DNA of 64,000 nt, taken from contig JBBTUE010000005.1 of assembly GCA_038063915.1 (NCBI GenBank), positions 10,547 to 74,546 on the forward strand, read 5' to 3'. Below, piece by piece: positions 56,073-64,000 of this stretch (its first letter is position 1; each line of letters opens with the position of its first letter). The notes below the pieces were generated by a model that saw only the letters and a program-made list of their open reading frames with translations, had not been told where the DNA came from and searched no databases. The DNA is from Patescibacteria group bacterium. GTDB lineage: Bacteria > Patescibacteriota > Minisyncoccia > Phycocordibacterales > UBA9973. The translations under genes and the position numbers were made by a program.

Positions 56073-57443
56073 ATGGCAAAGAAAATAATGCAGGATATGC
56101 AGTCAAAAGGAGTGAAAATCACTAGGATAGTCCGAGGGGATATTAGTGATAAACTCAAAGTTCTTAAACAAAAGAAACTAGCCGAAGTTGAAAGTGATTT
56201 GACTGCAAACAATGATTTAATTACCAAAGTAGATAATCATATTTTTGAAAGAGATAGATCAGATAAGATATTTAACTCTCCTACAACAAAAAAAAGCGGT
56301 CTTCGTCCTCGCAAATCCTATATATTATTTTTAGTGCTTTCTATAATGGTGGGAGGGGTATATTTTATTTCGAACCAACTTGGCAATGCGAAAATAGTGA
56401 TAAAAGAAAAAAAAGAATCATTTAAATTGAGCATGCAAGAATTGCAAGCCTTAAATTCTAACGGCGCGCCTATACGTTTTGAGATAATGATTATATCTGA
56501 TACAAACCCAAAAGAGCTTACCCTCACTGATAGTGATAATGTATCTATAAAAGCTAGAGGTGAGATAACTTTGTATAATGAGAATAGTACAAAACCACAA
56601 AATCTAGCTATTCGCACACTCATCTCTGATAGTAAAGGTAAAACTTATCAGACAGACAAAGCTGTGTCTATACCTGGCTATACGACAGTAAAATCAAAAA
56701 TTGTTCCTGGTAAAGTATCAGTAGGTATAACTTCATTTTTACCTGGCGAGGCCTACAATGGATCACCAAGTGATTTCTCTATAAATTTATTTAAAGGAAC
56801 TGCTAAAGGTAAAAAAATATATGGCAAACTCAAGTCACCACTTGTAGGTGGTGCAATAGGCACAGTCTATAAATTAAGCCCCCAAGATTTGGGCGCTCTA
56901 AATGCTTACGCCCTTTCAACTTTTAGGAGTTTATTATTAAAGAAAATGACTGCTGAGGCTCCAAAAGGTTATATATTATACCCAACTGCCATTACTTTTT
57001 CCCATAAAGTGGATGAAAATATTCTCTCTAAAACACCAAATGCAAAGGTAAATATAGATGCGACTATATCGTCTGTCATTATAAATGAGAAAGACCTTAC
57101 TAGTAGTCTCTTGAAAACTTTTAAAAAAGATATTCTACTATTCGAACTGAATGAAATACAAATTCCAAATATATCAGGACTTTCATTTAACTTTTCAAAC
57201 CAAAATCAATCTATAGCCAAAGACTTGAAGTCAATTGCATTTACATTAACTGGTGATATAACTGCAATATGGCATCCAGATATGAATTCACTAAAAAATA
57301 AAATATTAGGAACAAGTAAAGCCAGCCTACTTCAGATTTTTAAAGATGATCCAGGTATATCTTCTGCTTCTGTAAAAATATTCCCACCATGGTCAAAATA
57401 TTTGCCTAGCGATTTATCAAGAATACATATAACAACACAATAG
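56073..57443 (+). CDS. membrane-anchored extracellular protein (hypothetical), partner of the upstream actin-like ATPase
   Basis: Basic N-terminus, single transmembrane segment, large beta-rich periplasmic-type domain. Tightly coupled, starting 2 nt after the upstream stop. Confidence 0.4.
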   Translation: MAKKIMQDMQSKGVKITRIVRGDISDKLKVLKQKKLAEVESDLTANNDLITKVDNHIFERDRSDKIFNSPTTKKSGLRPRKSYILFLVLSIMVGGVYFISNQLGNAKIVIKEKKESFKLSMQELQALNSNGAPIRFEIMIISDTNPKELTLTDSDNVSIKARGEITLYNENSTKPQNLAIRTLISDSKGKTYQTDKAVSIPGYTTVKSKIVPGKVSVGITSFLPGEAYNGSPSDFSINLFKGTAKGKKIYGKLKSPLVGGAIGTVYKLSPQDLGALNAYALSTFRSLLLKKMTAEAPKGYILYPTAITFSHKVDENILSKTPNAKVNIDATISSVIINEKDLTSSLLKTFKKDILLFELNEIQIPNISGLSFNFSNQNQSIAKDLKSIAFTLTGDITAIWHPDMNSLKNKILGTSKASLLQIFKDDPGISSASVKIFPPWSKYLPSDLSRIHITTQ

Positions 57444-57488
57444 CAGTTTGACTACTCACTTTTATATTGTTATTATGTACATACATAA

Positions 57489-57725
57489 ATGAATCAAAAA
57501 GACGACAATAATACTGTTATGGGTATAGTTACAGAAGCACTTCCTAATACTCTCTTTAGAGTAAATATAAGTAGCCCAGATACACCAGATGGAGAGGAGA
57601 AAATTATAATATCCTATCTTGCAGGGAAAATGCGCATGCATAGGATAAAAGTGCTGGTAGGAGACAAGGTAGAAGTCCTCCTTGACCCCTACGGAGGCAA
57701 GGGTAGGATCATAAAAAGGACTTAG
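57489..57725 (+). CDS. infA: translation initiation factor IF-1
   Basis: GIVTEALPNTLFRV...GKMRMHRIKVLVGDKVEVLLDPYGGKGRII. Confidence 0.85.
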   Translation: MNQKDDNNTVMGIVTEALPNTLFRVNISSPDTPDGEEKIIISYLAGKMRMHRIKVLVGDKVEVLLDPYGGKGRIIKRT

Positions 57726-57837
57726 TCTATAGGCCCCTTGCGCTTTTTGGAGTTATAGTGTACTATAGTCTGATATACGCTTTTTTGGATAAATACAGGG
57801 TGGAAGCCCTATATTTTTCTTTCGCGTTACAAGAAAT

Positions 57838-57948
57838 ATGAAGATTAAATCAGCCGTTAAAAAAATCTGCGCAAAATGTAAACTCGTGAAGCGTGCTGGG
57901 CACCTACGTGTTATTTGCACCAATCCTAAGCACAAGCAAAAACAATAA
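57838..57948 (+). CDS. rpmJ: 50S ribosomal protein L36
   Basis: Not in the ORF track. ATG at 57838 encodes [36 protein letters not shown] with the C-x2-C-x12-C-x4-H zinc ribbon. Confidence 0.85.
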   Translation: MKIKSAVKKICAKCKLVKRAGHLRVICTNPKHKQKQ

Positions 57949-57956
57949 TTTTAAAT

Positions 57957-58337
57957 ATGAGAATTCTAGGTATAACTATTCCAAACAATAAGCATTTAGA
58001 CATAGGTCTTACATCCCTATATGGCATTGGTGTTTCTCGTGCTCGTGCAATCCTCAAGGAAGCCAAAGTAGATCATACTATTAAAGCTGATGTTTTAACA
58101 GTTGATCAAGAAAACGCGATACGTAAAGTTATAGAAACAATGTCAATCGAAGGAGCATTAAAGCGAGAGGTATCAGCGAATGTTAAAAGACTGAAAGATA
58201 TAAAGGCATATCGCGGAATCAGACACATGCGCCGTCTTCCAGTCCGAGGTCAACGCACAAAGACAAATTCCCGCACAGTTCGAGGTAATGTACGTAAAAC
58301 AATGGCTTCAGGTCGCCGTAAGGAAAGTAAGACATAA
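57957..58337 (+). CDS. rpsM: 30S ribosomal protein S13
   Basis: MRILGITIPNNKHLDIGLTSLYGIG. Confidence 0.95.
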   Translation: MRILGITIPNNKHLDIGLTSLYGIGVSRARAILKEAKVDHTIKADVLTVDQENAIRKVIETMSIEGALKREVSANVKRLKDIKAYRGIRHMRRLPVRGQRTKTNSRTVRGNVRKTMASGRRKESKT

Positions 58338-58360
58338 CCTGCCTGCCGGCAGGCAGGTTA
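58337..58360. repeat. 24-nt perfect GC-rich palindrome AACCTGCCTGCCGGCAGGCAGGTT (member of a small repeat family)
   Basis: Intergenic between rpsM and rpsK. The first 14 nt are identical to 63129..63142. The same CCTGCCTGC/GCAGGCAGG arms occur at 21721..21738. Confidence 0.6.
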
Positions 58361-58377
58361 AAATACAAATAAAATTT

Positions 58378-58836
58378 ATGGGAAAAGTAAAAATTATAAC
58401 TAAAGAAGAAGTCAAAGACGAAGTGAAAAATGACGCAACTGAAATTACATCAGATGTGGCTAAGGTGGCGGTCAAAGTACCTAAGAAAAAAGTAGTCTCT
58501 GGCACTCTTCATATTGAAGCAACATTTAATAATACTAAAGTAGTTCTCTCTGACAAAGAAGGCAATACTATATTCTGGACTTCAGCAGGCTCGCTTGGAT
58601 TCAAAGGTGCAAAAAAGGGTACACCATTTGCTGCTGGTAAAGCTGGCCAAGTACTAGGTGAGAAAGCCAAGGCCCTAGGTATCAAGGAAGTCGACGTAAA
58701 GGTCAAAGGCGTCGGAAGTGGTCGTGAACCTACCATCCGAGCATTCATGGCCTATGACATAGAGATATCAAGTATCCGCGACACTACTCCAGTCCCACAC
58801 AACGGTCCGAAACCTAAGAAGCCACGAAGAGTTTAA
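58378..58836 (+). CDS. rpsK: 30S ribosomal protein S11
   Basis: GTLHIEATFNNTKVVLSDKEGNTIFWTSAGSLGFKGAKKGTPFAA. Start at MGKVKI (ATG at 58378), not the upstream ORF-track start. Confidence 0.9.
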   Translation: MGKVKIITKEEVKDEVKNDATEITSDVAKVAVKVPKKKVVSGTLHIEATFNNTKVVLSDKEGNTIFWTSAGSLGFKGAKKGTPFAAGKAGQVLGEKAKALGIKEVDVKVKGVGSGREPTIRAFMAYDIEISSIRDTTPVPHNGPKPKKPRRV

Positions 58837-58852
58837 TTTAAATATATTATCT

Positions 58853-59461
58853 ATGAAGACAGTCCAAAAATATAAAATATGTAGACGTTTAGGATCAGGT
58901 GTGTTTGAAAAATGCCAAACACCTAAATTTGTCATGTCCGAAGCTCGCCATGCAAAGAGTGGTAAAGGCAAGCGCCCAAAGGTTCTATCTGGCTATGCCC
59001 TTCAATTCGTGGAGAAGCAGAAGGTTCGCTTTATGTATGGTATAAGTGAGGGTCAATTTTCTAATTATGTAAATGAAGCAGTTGGCCACAAAGGGACACT
59101 CGCTACTGAGCAACTATTTGAATTGCTTGAATATCGTTTGGATAATGTCGTGTATCGTCTTGGACTTGCTCATACTCGCAGACTTTCCCGCCAAATGGTT
59201 TCTCATGGACACATATTACTGGGTGGCAAGAAAAATACAGTTGCCTCTAGTAGAGTAAAAATTGGAGATGTTATCGCTGTACGAGAGGGCAGTAAAGCAA
59301 GTCCCTTATTTGCAGATATGGCTAAGAAAATGAAAGAATACACCCTCCCAAACTGGCTCACATTTGATGTTGAAAAGCTTAGTGCGACAGTCGCAGGTAA
59401 GCCAAAGAATGTAGAAGGATTTCTTGACTTGAACACGGTGCTAGAGTTTTATAGTCGTTAG
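58853..59461 (+). CDS. rpsD: 30S ribosomal protein S4
   Basis: KICRRLG N-terminus and S4 domain. Confidence 0.95.
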   Translation: MKTVQKYKICRRLGSGVFEKCQTPKFVMSEARHAKSGKGKRPKVLSGYALQFVEKQKVRFMYGISEGQFSNYVNEAVGHKGTLATEQLFELLEYRLDNVVYRLGLAHTRRLSRQMVSHGHILLGGKKNTVASSRVKIGDVIAVREGSKASPLFADMAKKMKEYTLPNWLTFDVEKLSATVAGKPKNVEGFLDLNTVLEFYSR

Positions 59462-59533
59462 TTTATTAGTAAATGCGAGGTTCTCTTTTAATAATAAAAT
59501 AATAATGAAAGCCTAAAAACTTTCCAATATCAT

Positions 59534-60514
59534 ATGTCTGATTTAAATATCATATTACCATCAAAGTTATCTATAATATCTGAAGTAGGCACAAAAGGTG
59601 TCTATGAGATAGATGGTCTTTATCCTGGGTATGGTCATACTCTAGGTAATTCTCTTCGTCGTATCATCCTCTCATCACTCGCTGGTTGTGCTATCACGTC
59701 ACTGAAGATTGACGGTGCTGCACACGAATTCTCAGTACTTGATGGTGTTAAAGAGGATGTCATTACAATACTTCTTCATCTAAAGCAGGTTCGCTTCCGT
59801 CTTTTTACCGATGAACCTCAAACAGTAAGAATTTCTATAAAAGGGCCGAAGACCGTCACAGCTTCCGACATCGAGGCCACCGGTCAAGTTGAAGTTCTCA
59901 ATAAAGAGCTACACATCGCAGAAGTTACTGGGAAAGTAAACTTTGCAATTGAGATGGTAATTGAAAAAGGCCTTGGATTCGTATCAAAAGATGTACATCA
60001 GAAAAATAAAACTGAAGTTGGAATGATCGCGGTCGACGCGATATTCACTCCTATCCGTCGTGTATCATACGAAGTTGAAAACATGCGTGTGGGCGACAAG
60101 ACAAACCACAATCGTCTGCGTATGACTATAGAGACTGATGGAACACTTACTCCACGAGAGGCACTTGAACAAGCTATCGTTATTATGGTAGAACAATTAC
60201 AAGCTATCGTAGGCTTTACCATATCTTCTAAATCAAACCCTAGCGAGGTATCAAGCATAGAGGCAAAAACTAGTTCTACAGAGGAAAAAGGAGCGGGAGA
60301 CGGTAACGAATTTACCGATACCCTTAAAACGCGAATAGATACTCTCGATTTATCTACTCGCACCCTAAATGCCCTAACTGGTGCAAACATTCGTACTATC
60401 GGAGGTATAGCTCGCAAGAAAAAGGAGGATTTACTCGAGATAGAAGGTATTGGCGATAAAGGTATACAGGAAATAAAGAAGATATTAGGTAACTATGGTA
60501 TAACCTTAAAGTAA
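59534..60514 (+). CDS. rpoA: DNA-directed RNA polymerase alpha subunit
   Basis: Alpha N-terminal domain GYGHTLGNSLRRILLSS and C-terminal HhH domain. Confidence 0.95.
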   Translation: MSDLNIILPSKLSIISEVGTKGVYEIDGLYPGYGHTLGNSLRRIILSSLAGCAITSLKIDGAAHEFSVLDGVKEDVITILLHLKQVRFRLFTDEPQTVRISIKGPKTVTASDIEATGQVEVLNKELHIAEVTGKVNFAIEMVIEKGLGFVSKDVHQKNKTEVGMIAVDAIFTPIRRVSYEVENMRVGDKTNHNRLRMTIETDGTLTPREALEQAIVIMVEQLQAIVGFTISSKSNPSEVSSIEAKTSSTEEKGAGDGNEFTDTLKTRIDTLDLSTRTLNALTGANIRTIGGIARKKKEDLLEIEGIGDKGIQEIKKILGNYGITLK

Positions 60515-60539
60515 ATTAGTAATAAGTCATTATAATTAT

Positions 60540-60893
60540 ATGCGACACCACAGTAACGTAAGAAAATTTGGAAGAAGTAAAAGCCAGCGTGAGTCCCTAC
60601 TAAAAGGATTGATGCTTGCTCTTATTGCACATGGTCGCATTGAGACAACGGAAGCAAAAGCAAAGGAACTTCGCCCAACAATCGAGAAAATGATTACAAA
60701 GGCCAATGTAGGTACACTTGCATCGCGCCGTCTTGTCATTTCACGTTTGTATAATTTAAATTCTGAAGCAAGTAAACTCATTGATACTATCGCACCTAAA
60801 TACAAAGATCGCGCGGGAGGATATACACGCATTACCAAATTGCCAAGACGCGCAGGTGACGCAAGTAAAATGGCAGTAATAGAATTTGTATAA
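60540..60893 (+). CDS. rplQ: 50S ribosomal protein L17
   Basis: MRHHSNVRKFGRSKSQRESLLKGL. Confidence 0.9.
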   Translation: MRHHSNVRKFGRSKSQRESLLKGLMLALIAHGRIETTEAKAKELRPTIEKMITKANVGTLASRRLVISRLYNLNSEASKLIDTIAPKYKDRAGGYTRITKLPRRAGDASKMAVIEFV

Positions 60894-60899
60894 TATTTT

Positions 60900-61250
60900 A
60901 TGATAAAAACACACACAATTGATGCGAATGGTAAGACTCTAGGCCGTGTGGCATCAGCCACTGCCAAGGCTCTTATGGGCAAGACTGCGCCGGACTATAC
61001 TGCAAATAAAGTTGCAGATGTTCGCGTAGAGATAGTAAATGCTGGCAAGACAAAAATGTCTGAAAGACGTATGAATGAAACCCTGCACGAGACTTATTCA
61101 GGACAACCGGGTGGATTTAAAACTGCAACCAACGCGAAAATAGTAAAAGAAAAAGGATGGAAGGGTTTATATGAGCTTGCTGTATATGGCATGCTTCCTT
61201 CCAATAAACTTCGCCCGCTTATGATGAAGCATTTAACAATAAAGGAATAA
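60900..61250 (+). CDS. rplM: 50S ribosomal protein L13
   Basis: TLGRVASATAKALMGK. Confidence 0.9.
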   Translation: MIKTHTIDANGKTLGRVASATAKALMGKTAPDYTANKVADVRVEIVNAGKTKMSERRMNETLHETYSGQPGGFKTATNAKIVKEKGWKGLYELAVYGMLPSNKLRPLMMKHLTIKE

Positions 61251-61254
61251 TAAT

Positions 61255-61668
61255 ATGACTGAAAAAAAGACAGTGAAAAGTGAATATTTCAGAGCTATCG
61301 GTCGCCGTAAGACTGCGACAGCAGTGGTGAAGCTCACCAAAGCTTCAAAGACCTCTTATACTATAAATGGCAAGGACGTGAGTGTTTATTTTCCAACTGC
61401 AGAACTAAAGAAAATAGTTACTGGTGCGTTTGAGACTACTACACCAGCAGAAAAGTTTAGTGTAGTTGTCACTACTCGTGGTGGTGGTTCTCATGCTCAA
61501 GCCGAAGCGGTGCGACATGGTATCTCACGTGCTCTAGTCTTATTTGATAAAGAACTTCGTGTGCCACTTAAAAAAGCTAAAATGCTCAAGCGTGATCCTC
61601 GTCAAGTTGAACGTAAGAAGTTCGGCCTCAAAAAAGCCCGCAAGTCACCGCAATGGTCAAAACGTTAA
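61255..61668 (+). CDS. rpsI: 30S ribosomal protein S9
   Basis: GRRKTATAVVKL and a C-terminal KKFGLKKARK...KR tail. Confidence 0.9.
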   Translation: MTEKKTVKSEYFRAIGRRKTATAVVKLTKASKTSYTINGKDVSVYFPTAELKKIVTGAFETTTPAEKFSVVVTTRGGGSHAQAEAVRHGISRALVLFDKELRVPLKKAKMLKRDPRQVERKKFGLKKARKSPQWSKR

Positions 61669-61672
61669 TGAC

Positions 61673-61707
61673 AAAAAAAACTTCCTTTGAAAAAAGGAAG
61701 TTTTTTT
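61673..61707 (+). terminator. rho-independent terminator (CTTCCTTT-gaaa-AAAGGAAG followed by T7)
   Basis: 8-bp stem and a T-run immediately after the rpsI stop. Confidence 0.65.
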
Positions 61708-61720
61708 GTATACTAGCCCT

Positions 61721-62044
61721 ATGCCGATGGTAAATATAAAATACGATGCCAAACGAGTTCCAGATTCTGATGCTATAGGATTGGCTACCGCTATACAAAA
61801 AATTGTAGCTGAAACAACAGGAATTCCTGAAGTATTTGTTTATGCTGATAGTCCGAAAGTTCAAGCAGGCACTGATCCAGTTGAAATATTTGTCGAAATG
61901 AGTGCAAGTGCAATAACTGATATCGATGGCTTAGTAAATGTAACTAAAGAAAAGATAAAAGAGTGGAAGAAAGAATTTGGCTTTAAACATCCAATAACCC
62001 TGACTATCACACCGATGAATTGGAAATTTGAAGTGGGGATATAA
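61721..62044 (+). CDS. tautomerase-superfamily (MIF-like) protein, putative
   Basis: Starts MPMVNIKY...VP with Pro as the second residue, like MIF MPMFIVNTNVPR. About 107 aa with a beta-alpha-beta pattern. Start taken at the internal ATG at 61721. Confidence 0.4.
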   Translation: MPMVNIKYDAKRVPDSDAIGLATAIQKIVAETTGIPEVFVYADSPKVQAGTDPVEIFVEMSASAITDIDGLVNVTKEKIKEWKKEFGFKHPITLTITPMNWKFEVGI

Positions 62045-62047
62045 ATT

Positions 62048-62620
62048 ATGAATGAAGATGAAGTAAAAAATGAAGAGAATTTTGAGGATGTCACTTTTGT
62101 AGATAGTACCGAAGATGGCGATGTGCTACCTACCAAGGATGTGGTGGGGAAACTTCGCGATGACCTTAAAAAGGTTCGTGCTGAGAAAGAAGAGTATCTT
62201 ACAGGCTGGCAGAGGGCTAAAGCTGACTATATAAACCTACAAAAAGAGCTCGAGCAAGTTCGAGCTAATAGTTCGCTACTTGCTAAGGAAAGAATTGTAG
62301 AAAGTTTGCTTCCTTCCATTGATAGCTTCGATATGGCGATGGCAAATAAGGAAGTGTGGGAGTCTGTAGATAAAAATTGGCGCACTGGTGTGGAATATAT
62401 CTACCAGCAAATCATCACTGGCCTATCTGATGTCGGAGTGGAAATAATAGATAAAGTAGGTGTTCCATTTGATCCAAATCTTCACCAATCAATAGAAAGT
62501 ATTGCAACTGATGACGAATCAAAAGATCACACAATAGAAAAAATAATTCAAGCTGGGTATAAAATAGGGGAGCGTGTCATCCGCCCCGCGAGAGTGAATA
62601 TATTTGAGTATAAAAAATAA
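62048..62620 (+). CDS. grpE: nucleotide exchange factor GrpE
   Basis: Coiled-coil N-terminus, C-terminal GYKIGERVIRPARV motif. Lies upstream of dnaK. Confidence 0.85.
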   Translation: MNEDEVKNEENFEDVTFVDSTEDGDVLPTKDVVGKLRDDLKKVRAEKEEYLTGWQRAKADYINLQKELEQVRANSSLLAKERIVESLLPSIDSFDMAMANKEVWESVDKNWRTGVEYIYQQIITGLSDVGVEIIDKVGVPFDPNLHQSIESIATDDESKDHTIEKIIQAGYKIGERVIRPARVNIFEYKK

Positions 62621-62709
62621 GGCCAACCCCAAAAGAGGTCGGCCGTTATAAATGAAAGCAAAATTCAAATGCCTCCACTTCACGTATAGGTGCATTATAT
62701 ACTTTATAT

Positions 62710-63282
62710 TTATTTTGTCAAGTTAATTTGTTCTAAAAAATAGTTTTCAGTATCCTTATCTATTTTGTCGGTAACTACTATCATCATCTCAGTTGTAAGA
62801 CCGAGATCTTTTTTAATATTCGTAAACAAATGCTCAAATGGGTACATAGACACCCAGACGGAATTTTTTGCACAGACAAATCCAGCTTTCTTAAGAAGGT
62901 AGCGGAGGGCTTCACGTTCACTTTTACGATCTTCGGGGATGTCGAGGAGTATCATGCGCCAGTAGCCATCCCAGTGGGTAGACACAAGGCCACCCTCGGC
63001 TTCAAGAGTTATATTATTAAGCTTTTGCTTTCCTAGTGGGGTAAGGCGGAAATATTTACTATGTTCGGAGGTCAGTGTCTCAACCCAGCCGTCAGAAAGC
63101 ATGTTTTTAATTGACCTATTAATAGCATAACCTGCCTGCCGGAGAGGCAGGTCAGCGTTTTTGCCCTCGTATTCGCGCAAAATGACCCTCTCAGCAGTCT
63201 TTTTCACCGTATCTACACCAACAGGCTTATTCTCAGAAAAAGCCTTTAAAATAGCCTTTTTAATTAGTGACTTCTTTGCCAT
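62710..63282 (-). CDS. PaaX-like regulator-domain protein (winged helix plus PaaX_C-like)
   Basis: WDGYWRMILLDIPEDRKSEREALRYLLKKAGFVCAKNSVWV parallels the PaaX C-terminal domain pattern. Confidence 0.5.
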   Translation of the reverse strand: MAKKSLIKKAILKAFSENKPVGVDTVKKTAERVILREYEGKNADLPLRQAGYAINRSIKNMLSDGWVETLTSEHSKYFRLTPLGKQKLNNITLEAEGGLVSTHWDGYWRMILLDIPEDRKSEREALRYLLKKAGFVCAKNSVWVSMYPFEHLFTNIKKDLGLTTEMMIVVTDKIDKDTENYFLEQINLTK

Positions 63283-63374
63283 GTTGACATTATATCACCG
63301 ATAAATATAATATCAACATAGTTTTCGTGGTCACGAAATACTTGTCAAAATAATATAGTAAGTATATAATAGAA

Positions 63375-63911
63375 ATGCTTATGAAAAGATTTTATATAAC
63401 AGGCGTATCTGGTACAGGAAAGTCTAGTGTCGGAGAGAAATTGCAAGAAAAGGGAATTACTGTAATAGATTTAGATGTAAGAGAAAACCGCCTTACACAC
63501 TGGAGAAATAATGATACATCAGAAATCTCTCATTGGCATTCAGGCATAGGTAATAAATTTTTTGATGAACATTCATATATAGTTGATATTGAAAAGCTAG
63601 TCGCTTTGATGGACAGCTACAAAGATAAGGATGCTGTGACTGTAATAGGTCTTGCAGATAATCCAAATTTTGTGAATTTAATCAAATTTGATAAAGTTTT
63701 TCTTTTTCAATGTAATAAAGAGATTTTTATTAAAAGAATCACTGAAAGAACAAATCATAACTTTGGTAATGATGCCTCTGAGAGAGAATGGATATTGAGT
63801 TGGTATGAAGATTACGAAAAAGAGATGTTAGATAAGGGAGCGATACCGATAAACACAGAGGGACCACTCGATGAGGTAGTAGAAAATATTGTAAGTAAAA
63901 TTAATAGTTAA
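63375..63911 (+). CDS. P-loop NTPase (AAA-domain, predicted small kinase)
   Basis: YITGVSGTGKSSVGEKL Walker A motif. 178 aa. Confidence 0.55.
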   Translation: MLMKRFYITGVSGTGKSSVGEKLQEKGITVIDLDVRENRLTHWRNNDTSEISHWHSGIGNKFFDEHSYIVDIEKLVALMDSYKDKDAVTVIGLADNPNFVNLIKFDKVFLFQCNKEIFIKRITERTNHNFGNDASEREWILSWYEDYEKEMLDKGAIPINTEGPLDEVVENIVSKINS

Positions 63912-63925
63912 TTATATAAAAATAT

Positions 63926-64000
63926 ATGTCAAAAATAATAGGAATAGATTTGGGTACAACAAATAGTGCGATTGCCATCATCGAAGGTGGACAGCCGAAG
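63926..64000 (+). CDS. dnaK: molecular chaperone DnaK (N-terminal fragment; continues beyond the window end)
   Basis: MSKIIGIDLGTTNSAIAIIEGGQPK is the Hsp70 phosphate-1 motif. Confidence 0.85.
   Translation, partial: MSKIIGIDLGTTNSAIAIIEGGQPK

Noticed and set aside
62621-62650. Possible terminator hairpin GGCCAACCCCAAAAGAGGTCGGCC after grpE
   Set aside because: The stem is imperfect and no T-run follows, so it is not convincing as an intrinsic terminator.
1-64000. CRISPR arrays, rRNA genes, transposases or IS elements
   Set aside because: No regularly spaced direct repeats, no rRNA-like conserved stretches, and no transposase or integrase-like ORFs were found anywhere in the window.

Overview
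This window is AT-rich, gene-dense bacterial sequence. Nearly all genes are small or truncated housekeeping genes, and there is almost no biosynthesis. That pattern is consistent with a reduced CPR/Patescibacteria-type genome; this is my inference, with no database support. Recognisable core blocks are: a partial dnaE followed by rnhB, pepN and gdhA; the run def-fmt-hisS-lepB on the minus strand and pth on the plus strand; rpsA; gyrA; a ftsA-ftsZ division block with trxB, ybeY, rpsU and a priA-like gene; mreB-holB-frr-rseP; typA, mltG, mnmA, alaS; a ribosomal cluster infA-rpmJ-rpsM-rpsK-rpsD-rpoA-rplQ, followed by the separate rplM-rpsI pair; grpE and the start of dnaK. There are four tRNAs: Asn, and a Glu-Ser-Val cluster. 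Accessory content is: (1) a copper-homeostasis island, csoR-copA-DUF305-HMA::CcdA-cupredoxin, with a CsoR-type operator palindrome in its promoter; (2) a small cluster beside tRNA-Asn with a YdeI/OmdA protein, a CPBP/Abi protease, a DUF1428 protein and a SIR2-like protein, plus a duplicated tRNA 3-prime fragment; (3) a tandem array of five paralogous genes for signal-peptide plus two-transmembrane proteins that look like VirB2/TrbC pilins, the last fused to a large repeat-containing extracellular domain, flanked by orphan membrane and secreted proteins. No type IV secretion ATPase or other machinery lies nearby. This array is the most unusual locus in the window. I found no CRISPR array, no rRNA, and no integrase or transposase. 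Several short GC-rich palindromes and GC-rich in-frame insertions stand out against the AT-rich background.
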